A stretch of 64,000 bases of DNA from a virus. Taxonomy: Duplodnaviria; Caudoviricetes. Positions 45,705-55,308 of the stretch are shown piece by piece (the first letter of the stretch is position 1; every line of letters starts with the position of its first letter). The notes beneath the pieces were generated by a model. The model saw only the letters and a list, made by a program, of their open reading frames with translations. It was not told where the DNA came from and did no database searches. Where the stretch lies: the IMG/VR virus record IMGVR_UViG_3300006133_000005, positions 13,740 to 77,739 of that record. The stretch is one strand, 5' to 3'. Made by a program: the position numbers and the translations under genes.

Positions 45705-46754
45705 TTAGGCAGTAACGATTACAACACCGTACTCATCATGGAGCTTACCTACACCAAAGATAGAGTACCACGCAAGACTTCTCTTTCTGCCGAAGTCTTC
45801 AACACCGTTATCACGAAGCTCAACAGGAAGACCATATGCAATGCCGTAATAAGCATCACCGAAAAGAACAGCTTTATACTTATTAACATCACCCTTTAAC
45901 TCCTCATCATATGCAGGGTCGTCTTCTGGAGCGGCACCATTACACATAAGAGTTGTTTCAATAAAGCGGCAGTCGTCAATTCTTCCGATTTCACCTGTAA
46001 AGAGCTGTTCGGGTGCGCCATAGTTAGAAGCATTAACCCAAGCTGGGTCGTCACGCAGAGTTCTTGACTGGTGAGGATGAACAAAGCAAACCCAATAAGT
46101 ACCACCGACAGCTTTAGGGGCATTGTTTGTAGAAAGAATTTCGATAGCATCTTTAATTGTAGACACCTTAAGAATAGATGTAGCATCAAGACCTGCCATA
46201 GTAGTATTCTTAGTACCGTCAGACTTAGAAGCATAAACAATATTTGTACCAGACAGAGCCGCATCCCTTAACTCACAGTCAACAACCTGTGCATAGTCAC
46301 GACCAAGAAGTGTTGTAGCAGAAGCCAGTACATCATCAAAAGAAGTCTGTACAAGCAATTCACTTACAGAAACAGCGTTACCATACTCAGTAACAGTGAG
46401 CTGTTTTGCAGAACCGCTAAGAGCCTGTGTAACCATAGACTTAGCTTCTTCAAGCTTGCCGCCGAGTGTAAGGTTGTTATATGTAAGCATAGAAATAGTC
46501 ATACCCGGTTCTGTGCCGAGTTCAGTCTTTGTAGTAGCAAACTGCATAAATCGCATATTAGGGAGAGCCTTAAACTCAATCTCCTTAGAGTAAACAGTTC
46601 TGATTCCCTCTGTGAACTGAGTACCGCCGTTTGTCTTCCCTAATTCAGTAGCAACGCTTAAATTGGGTGCGTAGACTGTACCTCCGGAATTGGTTTCTGC
46701 ATGAGCAGTCGTAAACAAACAACTTAAAAATGTCTTAATAAACTTCTTATTCAT
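45705..46754 (-). CDS. Major capsid protein (HK97 fold, N4-gp56-like) with a 19-aa N-terminal leader
   Basis: L.F.QFA..K, PG.TI, L.E, EYGNAV..S, ..F.HP.Q...LR.D..W, F.GEIG, ..D.GR...LAWY; GGAGG RBS, with no alternative Met nearby. Confidence 0.92.
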   Translation of the reverse strand: MNKKFIKTFLSCLFTTAHAETNSGGTVYAPNLSVATELGKTNGGTQFTEGIRTVYSKEIEFKALPNMRFMQFATTKTELGTEPGMTISMLTYNNLTLGGKLEEAKSMVTQALSGSAKQLTVTEYGNAVSVSELLVQTSFDDVLASATTLLGRDYAQVVDCELRDAALSGTNIVYASKSDGTKNTTMAGLDATSILKVSTIKDAIEILSTNNAPKAVGGTYWVCFVHPHQSRTLRDDPAWVNASNYGAPEQLFTGEIGRIDDCRFIETTLMCNGAAPEDDPAYDEELKGDVNKYKAVLFGDAYYGIAYGLPVELRDNGVEDFGRKRSLAWYSIFGVGKLHDEYGVVIVTA

Positions 46755-46796
46755 TTTATAAATTCCTCCATTTATATAGTATTAAATGCTCAAGTC

Positions 46797-47615
46797 TTAC
46801 TTAAGACCTAAACTCTTGCGAAACTCCTTGTACTCGTCAGAAGCAGGGTCAAGATTTCTCACATACTCAGCATCAAATCGTCCTGTATCTGTTCCTGCAT
46901 TTTCTGTAGGATTCATAACAGGGGGCTTCTTTACTGTAGGCTTAGCGGCAGTTCCTTTATTGTGCGAACCACCAACAGGGTTTCCGTTATCATCAACAAG
47001 ACCAAGTTCTTTCTTAATTGAAAGGGACTTCTCTTTTGCCTTTGCTACAGAAGCATCAATTTCTTCTTTGGTACTGCCTATAATGTCGTCAAGGAAAGAT
47101 GTAAGTACAGTCTCTTTATTAGCCGCTTTCTGTTCTGCAAGATAAGACTTAACTTCATACTCCTTTTCAATCTCTGCCCTTAAAGCCTCAACATTGGGAG
47201 TTTCCTTTTTCAGCTTTTCATTTTCAGCAATAAGTACATCAATCTGTGCATTGAGTTTCTTCACTTCCTCTGTGGTAATAGCACCACTCTTGTAAGAGTC
47301 AATCTCCGCAGTTAAAGTATTGACAGTCTGTGTCAAGTCCCCAATCTTAATGAGGTTGTCATTACCTGTCTTAACAAGCTTTGCGTTATCCTCTTCAAGC
47401 TTCTTGATACGAGGGTAAAGCTTTTCTTTCTCCTCCTTACGAGCCTGTGCTATAAGCTGTTCATAATTAATCTGAGGTGTTGCAGTACCACCACTGTTTC
47501 CATCATCTGGAACAGGGTCCACCTCATCAGCGTGTACATTCATACACAAGAAAGATAATGCTTTACTCAATACACTTAATTTCTTTTCTGCTATAATACC
47601 TCTTAAATTACTCAT
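46797..47615 (-). CDS. Capsid scaffolding protein with a 29-aa N-terminal leader
   Basis: Coiled-coil, located between portal and MCP, AR..EK.KLY motif, C-terminal Y..FRK.LGL. Confidence 0.8.
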   Translation of the reverse strand: MSNLRGIIAEKKLSVLSKALSFLCMNVHADEVDPVPDDGNSGGTATPQINYEQLIAQARKEEKEKLYPRIKKLEEDNAKLVKTGNDNLIKIGDLTQTVNTLTAEIDSYKSGAITTEEVKKLNAQIDVLIAENEKLKKETPNVEALRAEIEKEYEVKSYLAEQKAANKETVLTSFLDDIIGSTKEEIDASVAKAKEKSLSIKKELGLVDDNGNPVGGSHNKGTAAKPTVKKPPVMNPTENAGTDTGRFDAEYVRNLDPASDEYKEFRKSLGLK

Positions 47616-47652
47616 TATATTCTACCTCCATAAAAGTTTAATCTACATAACT

Positions 47653-47681
47653 ATTATAATGCATAAAAACTGATTTGTAAA
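47653..47681 (-). promoter_or_regulatory. Sigma-A-like promoter upstream of scaffold/MCP
   Basis: TTTACA-17-TATAAT. Confidence 0.6.
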
Positions 47682-47712
47682 GAGGGTAAACGATTTTTAT
47701 GAAAATATTAAA

Positions 47713-49242
47713 TTACTGTTTGGGATTTTCAACGTTTGCCCCATTAGTTTCTATGTTCATTTGCTCTTGTGGTGTTTGACCATTCAAGAAACCACTATTT
47801 AACTGTGGCTGTTCGATTCCATAGATAGTTGGATTCTTTTCTCTGTCCTCATCTATCTCTTTAATTTTATTCTCAATGTCTTCACGACCCATTCTCTTTA
47901 ATGCGCCAATTCTACTTTCAAGTCCTACTTGAAGTTCCTGCTGTAACTGCTGTAATTCGAGTAAGGTGTCCTTTGGGAGAGTGTCAGGAAGTGAAACCTC
48001 TGTGTGTACAAAATCCCTCATTGGTACAGTATCAGACTTAGTAATAAGACCCTCTAACAGTGAAACAAGTATAATAAGCTCATTAAGTCTTTCAAGACCG
48101 TCCTCTGTAGACTGTCTCTTTACCCTTGTCTTTTCGATAAGTGGTAAATTCATGTACTGTAGTGCAACACCACTTGTATTACTTATAGACTTTGCACCAC
48201 CTAAAACAGTCTCAGGTATTCCTCCTATCTCGCACATTTCAAGCTTAAGAGCCTCAAGGTAGCTATTACTTGCGGCTAAATCACCGTTCAATTCAAGGTT
48301 CTGCACTTTTGCATCTTTAGGAAGTCCTCCCCAAAGCTTATTAGCTCCTTTTTCAAGATTTCCTATTTTAGCACCAAATACAAGAGTAACAGGTGCGGCA
48401 TGATAGTCCAGTATTTCACTTACATTAGACTTTTTAAGGTTATACTCCACATTCATAGGGATAATGTTCTCAATGTCACTAACTCCCTCGTTACGTCCTG
48501 CAAGAATAAAATTCTTTACTTGAATAAACGGAATAACACCATACTTATTAACAACTGTCTCAGGCTCTTTATTACCCTCATAAGTAGTTACACTGTCTTT
48601 AGTCCACACTTGCTTATAAGTCTTAAGTACTCTCCTTGACTTAGAATGTAAAAGACCATACTCTTCGAGTTCATAGTACTGATAGACTATAGACAGCTTT
48701 CTTAATACACCTCTCTGGTGTGGGTCAAACTCAGGGAACACTACACTGGTAGGTTGTACTAAAAGTTTAATTCGTCCGTCAGGGTATTTACCATAAGGGT
48801 CGTCACCGTCAAGTTCTTCTGGTGAGTAGTATCTTACTTGTACCCAAGCTTCACCTGTAACGGACTTCATTTGACCTAATTCAGTAGTGAAGATATACTG
48901 ACTATTATCTTCCCAAACATCTTCAAGATACTCAAATAAAGTTCTTCCGTCATTTGTAACGGTTGTGTCTGAAAGGTCTTTATAAACTGTAAAAGTAAAT
49001 CCTTTACCCAACTCAAAAGCTACAAACTTATTTACAAAAGCCGCACAGTAGTTTACTGTCACTTCTGGTGAATCTACATCAGGCATTTCTTCCCAATGAT
49101 AACCCTCGTAGAAATTCCAAAATCTCTTACACTTAGTAAGTCTTTTGAGTTGTTGGTCGTCCAAGTCATTGGAAAGCTGTGTAACAGTAGCACCTATATC
49201 AATAAAGTCTCTTACATCACGTTTTCTTTCAAAACCTAACAT
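47713..49242 (-). CDS. Portal protein (SPP1 gp6-like)
   Basis: Y.G.HW, ..NY....V.K, SVTGEAW.., N.YG.IPF, G.SDI, SGVAL. Confidence 0.88.
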   Translation of the reverse strand: MLGFERKRDVRDFIDIGATVTQLSNDLDDQQLKRLTKCKRFWNFYEGYHWEEMPDVDSPEVTVNYCAAFVNKFVAFELGKGFTFTVYKDLSDTTVTNDGRTLFEYLEDVWEDNSQYIFTTELGQMKSVTGEAWVQVRYYSPEELDGDDPYGKYPDGRIKLLVQPTSVVFPEFDPHQRGVLRKLSIVYQYYELEEYGLLHSKSRRVLKTYKQVWTKDSVTTYEGNKEPETVVNKYGVIPFIQVKNFILAGRNEGVSDIENIIPMNVEYNLKKSNVSEILDYHAAPVTLVFGAKIGNLEKGANKLWGGLPKDAKVQNLELNGDLAASNSYLEALKLEMCEIGGIPETVLGGAKSISNTSGVALQYMNLPLIEKTRVKRQSTEDGLERLNELIILVSLLEGLITKSDTVPMRDFVHTEVSLPDTLPKDTLLELQQLQQELQVGLESRIGALKRMGREDIENKIKEIDEDREKNPTIYGIEQPQLNSGFLNGQTPQEQMNIETNGANVENPKQ

Positions 49243-49246
49243 ATAC

Positions 49247-50938
49247 TCATCTCCTTTTAGCAGTAATTCTATTCCTCATAAGCACTTGCTTATTTTGGTT
49301 TCTACTTCTTGCAGTAAACTTATTTCTAACCGTTTCAGTATTGTTTACTTCTGTTGCAAAACTTGTACCCCAAACAGCTAATGCCCAACTGTCTGGGTAA
49401 TCGTCATGGGCATTTTTTTCATCAGGATGTGATACAACCATATTAGCACCACTCCAACCTTTTTGAAGCTCCCCTAACTGCTCTAAAAAGTCCTTATACT
49501 CTCTTGTCTCAACAGTATTAGGACCTGCGCATACTCTTGCTCTTCCTGCGACAATCTCTCTACTTAAATGCTTATATAACTCCGACTTTGATTTTGGCGT
49601 AAAGATATAGGGTATTACCTCACAACTCAAATTAGCTCTAAGCCTGTGAGATAAAGAAGCCTCCCTTGTTGCATCACACACAACTCTTGCTAACAAGAAA
49701 TGACTTAAATAGTCCATTATCTGTGGGTATTGCTCTTCATAGTCTGGCTCATTGGATATACACAACCAGTCTTTTATGTAGGAGTTATAGGCAGTGTATG
49801 TCTCCTCTTCATTATCTTCATTTGTAAAAGACTCAAGAATAACAGGCATATTCCAGTTCGTTTCAACCATAGTAATAACAGTATCGTCACCCTTACCTCC
49901 CACGTCTATTCCTGCAACATGGGTAGCACTTCTGTCATACAAAGACCTTTCAAGTAAAGGCTCTGTATTCTCCTGCTCGAACTTCTCAATGTCAACAAAC
50001 ATACCTCTTTCAATAATCCATTCAAGACAATAAGACATTCTAAATTCATCAGACTTCTCTCCCAGTCTCTTCTTCTCTTTTTCCACATATTTAGCATACT
50101 TAGGGTTATACTTAGCGGCAATAGTCCAGTCATACTCAAAGTGATTTCGTATGTGTGACTTTCTCGTCATTGCTTCCGCTTTATTTCTCTGAATAGCATC
50201 ATAAAAATCTCCTTTAAAAGTAGTTGCTGTCCCGATTTTTACAATAGTAGCATTATAAGCCGCACCCATAGGGTGTATTGACTTTCTAATCTTATAGTTA
50301 GAAATATCTTGACACTCCTCACAGATAATCAACTTAAATGATTCTCCCTCAATGTTAGAGCCGTCACTTGCAGAGATAGCCGTAGCAAAAGAGTTATTTG
50401 ACAATGATACTGTCTGTCCATTAGAAGTACTAAAGAATATTCTAAACTCAGGGTCTTCCAATACTGCGAGAGCAGACTTGCACTGTAAACGAGATTTGAG
50501 TCGGTTATATGTAGTCTGAGCCTGTCTTAAGGACGGAGCGAAAATACCTATCCACATTCCATTCTTAAACATTGTAAGTCTACTATCATCTGCAAACATA
50601 GGCATATTAGCCATTTGAGGTAGTATAATCATCATACCACCAGTTGTTGTTGCAACAGTTTCAGACTTACCACTCTGTCTTGCAAATAAAGCGGTGATTT
50701 CTTCACCGTCATTTTCAAGAACAGACCTTATAACTCTCTTTGAAAACTGCTCCTGATAGGGGAAAAATGAAACACTGGAATATAGTCCACAAAAGGAAAA
50801 AACAGTATTTACTAATTCTGTAGTAGGTACTCTTCCACAATAAGCTACACTTGGTATTAATAAATACTTCTTGAACCTTTTTTCAGCTTTACTTAAAAAG
50901 TTTCTAACTACCGTCTTAATATCAGCTTTACTTAGCAC
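49247..50938 (-). CDS. terL: Terminase large subunit
   Basis: FARQSGKS, FAPSLRQA, ICEECQD, GIDVGG..D.TV, HDDYPDS. Confidence 0.93.
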   Translation of the reverse strand: MLSKADIKTVVRNFLSKAEKRFKKYLLIPSVAYCGRVPTTELVNTVFSFCGLYSSVSFFPYQEQFSKRVIRSVLENDGEEITALFARQSGKSETVATTTGGMMIILPQMANMPMFADDSRLTMFKNGMWIGIFAPSLRQAQTTYNRLKSRLQCKSALAVLEDPEFRIFFSTSNGQTVSLSNNSFATAISASDGSNIEGESFKLIICEECQDISNYKIRKSIHPMGAAYNATIVKIGTATTFKGDFYDAIQRNKAEAMTRKSHIRNHFEYDWTIAAKYNPKYAKYVEKEKKRLGEKSDEFRMSYCLEWIIERGMFVDIEKFEQENTEPLLERSLYDRSATHVAGIDVGGKGDDTVITMVETNWNMPVILESFTNEDNEEETYTAYNSYIKDWLCISNEPDYEEQYPQIMDYLSHFLLARVVCDATREASLSHRLRANLSCEVIPYIFTPKSKSELYKHLSREIVAGRARVCAGPNTVETREYKDFLEQLGELQKGWSGANMVVSHPDEKNAHDDYPDSWALAVWGTSFATEVNNTETVRNKFTARSRNQNKQVLMRNRITAKRR

Positions 50939-50960
50939 TTTATCACCTCTTTAAATACAA

Positions 50961-51022
50961 ATAAAGTTGGGCATAACTTAGATGCCCAACTTTATTATAT
51001 ATTATTTTCGAAAATAAAACAA
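50961..51022 (-). promoter_or_regulatory. Promoter-like sequence upstream of terL, and a hairpin just inside it
   Basis: TTGTTT(51022-51017)-17-TATAAT(50999-50994); ATAAAGTTGGGCAT/ATGCCCAACTTTAT inverted repeat (50961-50995). Confidence 0.55.
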
Positions 51023-51029
51023 GTAATAA

Positions 51030-51254
51030 TTAATCTATTTTCTCACATTCATCTAAATAGATTCTTGAACCTCGGCACATAAAATACATTCTACCTTTTC
51101 TACCTAATCTCACTTTGCTTTTAAATACCTTAGTATACTTGTCTTCGTACTTACTTATATAGTATTTTACATAATAATCTGTATCATGTACTATTTCAGT
51201 AACCACTACAGTGAAAATTGCTGTTAAAGCATTAGCATATAATCCTCTTTTCAT
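51030..51254 (-). CDS. Hypothetical protein
   Basis: GGAG RBS; G..YF..RG.RIYLD segment. Confidence 0.6.
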   Translation of the reverse strand: MKRGLYANALTAIFTVVVTEIVHDTDYYVKYYISKYEDKYTKVFKSKVRLGRKGRMYFMCRGSRIYLDECEKID

Positions 51255-51258
51255 TTTA

Positions 51259-52620
51259 TCACTCCGCTACATGATTGCTATATGTGCATTCATTTGGGTC
51301 TTTATCATCTCTAAATCTAAGAAAACGTGGGTGTCTGAGCTTTCCTGTGTCTTTGAAAATTTCATTGCATTTGACTTCAATGACTTTACCTATATATCTA
51401 TAGTGGGATAGCTCTGCCCTAAGTTCATCATCAAAACCTGAGCATTCACCTACTTCAAGAACGTTATAAAGGGTATAATCATTGCAAGGAAGACTGCATA
51501 ACTTAACCTTATGAATGTTAAACTTCTTATTCTTTGGTAGAGATTTTATTTCCTCATCTGTAATTATCACACCAAATATCATGTTACCCACCCATTTATT
51601 ATAGTGAAATCGGGTAACTGGAATATAACCTTGTTTTAAAAGTTTTTTTGCTGACTCTTCTAATATTCTTCTATCTGTTACTTTAATTCCTTTTGGTGTC
51701 TCCCAATAATCCCATTTATCATCCGGAAATTTACCTGTATATTCTCTGGTAGGTTCAGTAAATCCCAAAAGAATACACTCTCTTGTATAAAACTTTTTAA
51801 TTTTAAGATAAGCTTTATCACGTTTGTGTGCATACTTAAAGTCTTTATTCTTAATGATTACTCCCTCTCCCCCATTTGCTATAATATACTCATAGTAACC
51901 TCTTGGTGATAACTGTAAGGGACTTTTTGACTTTAATATTTCAGAGTGTAAAGTTGGATATTTAGTCTTAAAACCTTTAATCTTCTGCAACAAGGTCGAG
52001 CTACCACTTACTGATACTGTAAGTGACTTACCACACTGGAAATAGGGTACTTCTACTACACACTTTATACCTCTTGACTCAAGAATATTTATAACCTTTC
52101 TTAAAAAATTCTTACGTCTTACAAGGCTTAAGTTCTCTACACAAATACCTCTATAATAAAGAATGTCAAAAGCATGAAACACTACCCAACCTAACTCTTT
52201 CTGTCTGCTGATAGCTTTGTCCCACTTGCAGTTGAGAGTAGAAGAAACGTCTTTAAAAGGTCTACCAGGAATAAACATCTCTCCGTCAATTACAGTTCCA
52301 GAAAGCTCAGGTATCACTATTTCTCTCATCTGTGGCAATGAATCAGTATTCTCAGTAAACCAATTTGTCTTTTTACTAATACGTCTTGAAAACACCCTAC
52401 AACAATCATTCAAAAAATGCAGTATTCCTCTTGTTCCGTCAAACTTCTCTTCAATGAAATTATTAGGGTCACTTAAAGCTTTATCCTGCTCGCTGTCTTC
52501 TTCAAGAGCGTGTGCAGTCATAGGCTCGCAGTACCTTAAGTCAGATGTAGTATAATCACTTTCAGTCCAGTCTACAAACTTAGGACTATAGTTTTCAAGA
52601 TTAGGTTCAATACTACTCAC
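51259..52620 (-). CDS. ATP-dependent DNA ligase
   Basis: Motif I EEKFDGTR, IDGEM, FHAFDIL, EGVIIK, LKIKK, LRHPRF...RDDK. Confidence 0.94.
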   Translation of the reverse strand: MSSIEPNLENYSPKFVDWTESDYTTSDLRYCEPMTAHALEEDSEQDKALSDPNNFIEEKFDGTRGILHFLNDCCRVFSRRISKKTNWFTENTDSLPQMREIVIPELSGTVIDGEMFIPGRPFKDVSSTLNCKWDKAISRQKELGWVVFHAFDILYYRGICVENLSLVRRKNFLRKVINILESRGIKCVVEVPYFQCGKSLTVSVSGSSTLLQKIKGFKTKYPTLHSEILKSKSPLQLSPRGYYEYIIANGGEGVIIKNKDFKYAHKRDKAYLKIKKFYTRECILLGFTEPTREYTGKFPDDKWDYWETPKGIKVTDRRILEESAKKLLKQGYIPVTRFHYNKWVGNMIFGVIITDEEIKSLPKNKKFNIHKVKLCSLPCNDYTLYNVLEVGECSGFDDELRAELSHYRYIGKVIEVKCNEIFKDTGKLRHPRFLRFRDDKDPNECTYSNHVAE

Positions 52621-52982
52621 TACTCAACACCGCCATTCATATCAACTTCAAGAACGTCACTTTTTTCAGCAATCTTATTTTTAGTTTCTTCAAACGCTTT
52701 AAGCATATTCGCTTTGGATATTACCCTGTGATTTTCAAGTATCTTAGCAGTAAATAGATAAAGGTTTGTTTTATCACCTGTTGCGTTCTCTCTGAAATAC
52801 TGAATGGCAGACTCAATTGTAACATTGACGGGAACTTTACCTTTAACATCAGCAATGCTATTGTTTTCTACTTTGGATGTAAGCTCGTCATAGGATGTTC
52901 CAGCTTTATTAATATTCCCTGCCTGAGTTCTCTTTGAATAATGAGTAATATCCTCAACGTTCATATTAGTCATTTCTATCAC
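52620..52982 (-). CDS. Hypothetical protein
   Basis: Coupled ORF. Confidence 0.55.
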   Translation of the reverse strand: MIEMTNMNVEDITHYSKRTQAGNINKAGTSYDELTSKVENNSIADVKGKVPVNVTIESAIQYFRENATGDKTNLYLFTAKILENHRVISKANMLKAFEETKNKIAEKSDVLEVDMNGGVE

Positions 52983-53533
52983 TCCTTTGTAAACTTAAAC
53001 TGTTTGTAGACTTTGTAAAAACCTCTATCGTCTTTAGCAGATTCAACAGAAGTGTAAACAAAGTCGTCACTAAGCTTTTCAAGCTCCTCATGGTTAACTA
53101 CAAGCTGAAATAGTGCTTCAATAGTTCCGTCTGCTCTCTTAATAAGTCCAAAAGGTGTAGGAATTGCATTAGGTGCGAGAAAATAAGGACTACTTGAATA
53201 ATGAGTGTACAACACTTCAAATACCAAGTTTTTTAATGCTAACAACATACCATCATTAAGAGTAACTCCGCTTGGTAAATTTAAACTGTCCGTTTTAAGT
53301 TCAAATATGAACTTTCCTGTGGGCTTGTGCTTAATTATTTTATTACCCTTAAGTGTTCTTGCAAACACTGTCATAGAATTTACAACAACTAAATCGGTTT
53401 CCTTTGGTTCTTTATTATACACAACATTAGGACTATCACAGGCACGAATAAGAGCCTTAATGTCATATTTATCTGTGGTAACACCATCTAAAACACGCTC
53501 GCTACCACTCACATCTACAAACAAAGATTTCAT
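52979..53533 (-). CDS. Hypothetical protein
   Basis: Coupled ORF with RBS. Confidence 0.55.
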   Translation of the reverse strand: MKSLFVDVSGSERVLDGVTTDKYDIKALIRACDSPNVVYNKEPKETDLVVVNSMTVFARTLKGNKIIKHKPTGKFIFELKTDSLNLPSGVTLNDGMLLALKNLVFEVLYTHYSSSPYFLAPNAIPTPFGLIKRADGTIEALFQLVVNHEELEKLSDDFVYTSVESAKDDRGFYKVYKQFKFTKE

Positions 53534-53615
53534 TTATACATTAACTCCTTAACAAGAGAGGTAGACTATTATGTGGATAGTCCACCTCATAGTATTATTT
53601 GATGTAGGTGGTCAC

Positions 53616-54665
53616 TTATTCAGCTTCATACTTATTTCCACAGCACTCACAGACAAACTTCTCTTCGTCCTCATCATATCTGAGAGGGTGTCCACAACAG
53701 TAGGGCTCTTCGTTGATTGTGTAAGCTTCCTCTTCAACGATTTCTCCCTCGTCACCGACAAGCATAGTAGCGAGTTCAAGGTACTTTTCCAGCAGGTCTA
53801 TATCAGAGACTTTCTCAAACTTATTGTCTGTACCTTTAAAGGCATTGATAAACTCAATGAAGTCTTCTCTTAAAATTTCGCCGTCCTCAAAAGCTTTTGT
53901 AGTTTCATCTACAAGCTGTCCATAGGCTTCCTTACGAGCTTTAGTCATTCCCTCTGTAACATCACCAGATTTTACAACATCTGACTCACCGTCATCACTG
54001 TCTGTATCTTCATCTTCGTCACTGTCAAGGTCAATAAGTCCATCTTCTACAGCTTTTACAAGCTTACTGATAAGTGCCTGTCTCTTTCCCTTAGGGGAAA
54101 CACCGACGTCTTCAAGAAGTGTACGGATTTCATCATCTGACACATCAACTATTGCTTCCTTAACTGTATCTTCAATAGTAGCGTTGTCATTATCGTCTTC
54201 ATCATCTTCCTCTACAGGCTCAGGCTCTTCAACCTTAAGCTTCTTAAAAGACTTAGGAGCAGACTTAACTGACTTTGTTTCTGCTGTCTTAAGCTCATCT
54301 TCATCACATGAATTTTCAGCAGTATCAGCAGAAAGAATTTTCTTCACAATCTCTTTCCTGTTACCTACAGCAGAAATTCCGAGTTCTTTAGCAAGCTTCT
54401 TAATGTCATTGTATGACATATTACTGAGTTCTTCCTCTGTGTAAGCAGAACCGTTGGTAATATCAGATTCTTTATCAGCCTTTTTGGATGCAATCTTCTT
54501 TTCAGCAGGTGCGGAAACATTAGAGGACTTCTTAATTACCTCATCATGTACATTGTCAATAGTATTGCTGGCAGTACAAGAACACTCAGTCTGTTTAATT
54601 CCCTCAATAATAAAATTGATACCCTGTGATATAATTTCAAGTCCCTCAATAACTTTCTTGTTCAT
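53616..54665 (-). CDS. Highly acidic protein with two Rho-N/HeH-like domains and a C-terminal Zn ribbon
   Basis: EELSNMSYNDIKKLAKELGI...RKEIVKKIL; DDEIRTLLEDVGV..KGKRQALISKL; CCGH...CECCG. Confidence 0.6.
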   Translation of the reverse strand: MNKKVIEGLEIISQGINFIIEGIKQTECSCTASNTIDNVHDEVIKKSSNVSAPAEKKIASKKADKESDITNGSAYTEEELSNMSYNDIKKLAKELGISAVGNRKEIVKKILSADTAENSCDEDELKTAETKSVKSAPKSFKKLKVEEPEPVEEDDEDDNDNATIEDTVKEAIVDVSDDEIRTLLEDVGVSPKGKRQALISKLVKAVEDGLIDLDSDEDEDTDSDDGESDVVKSGDVTEGMTKARKEAYGQLVDETTKAFEDGEILREDFIEFINAFKGTDNKFEKVSDIDLLEKYLELATMLVGDEGEIVEEEAYTINEEPYCCGHPLRYDEDEEKFVCECCGNKYEAE

Positions 54666-54717
54666 AAATAAATTCCTCCTAAATTAAATTTAATTGTAGT
54701 TGTATTTCACTATAATT

Positions 54718-54746
54718 AGTATATCACATTGACCTTTATAAGTCAA
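54718..54746 (-). promoter_or_regulatory. Sigma-A promoter
   Basis: TTGACT-17-TATACT with a TG extension. Confidence 0.8.
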
Positions 54747-54750
54747 ATGT

Positions 54751-55086
54751 CTAATCAAACTGTTCCGTAAGACTTTTAGTCTTTTCATAAATAGCACAAG
54801 CCTTATACTCAATGCTAAAAAGTATTTTATACATACCCTTTATTGTTTTGATACACTTCTGCTTAGTTGCCTCATCTGTATCTTTATTGTTATAAAGTTC
54901 AGTCAAGGCATCAACCTGTACTTTCACACTTTCATAGTGCACAGATAACAGCTTTCTAAGATTTTCAAGATAGCCTATGTTAGAATCGTCACGACTGAGA
55001 ACTAAATCAAACTGCTCCTTACTTAAGTCTATCAACTCAGAAAAGGAATAGTCAGAAAACCTCTTAACAGTGCTAAGCTTATTCAT
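54751..55086 (-). CDS. Hypothetical protein
   Basis: GGAGGTG RBS. Confidence 0.6.
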   Translation of the reverse strand: MNKLSTVKRFSDYSFSELIDLSKEQFDLVLSRDDSNIGYLENLRKLLSVHYESVKVQVDALTELYNNKDTDEATKQKCIKTIKGMYKILFSIEYKACAIYEKTKSLTEQFD

Positions 55087-55100
55087 TTAATCACCTCCTG

Positions 55101-55307
55101 TTATGTCTGCTTGTTAATCCATGTAAATGCTATGGCACCTACAGCACTAAACAAGCAATAAAAATTTGAATGAACTGCAAGTCCATAAATAAATCCTATA
55201 CAGCATAGAACTATAATTACTAAACTTAACAGAATTAGCAACCTTTGTAGGGTACCTGTAAAGACTTTCAAAAATTCAACTCCAAGTCTTTTAATGAATG
55301 GTATCAT
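55101..55307 (-). CDS. Small two-TM membrane protein
   Basis: Two hydrophobic segments. Confidence 0.55.
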   Translation of the reverse strand: MIPFIKRLGVEFLKVFTGTLQRLLILLSLVIIVLCCIGFIYGLAVHSNFYCLFSAVGAIAFTWINKQT

Positions 55308-55308
55308 T

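Noticed and set aside
46698-47615. Prp/L27-type (LQFF|A) cleavage motif on capsid and scaffold
   Set aside because: The leaders end in xHA, not L-Q-[LF]-F-A, so Prp processing is unlikely.
7669-52620. Inteins or introns in recA, polA, dnaB, terL and ligase
   Set aside because: Lengths are normal, and no splice motifs or homing endonuclease domains were seen.
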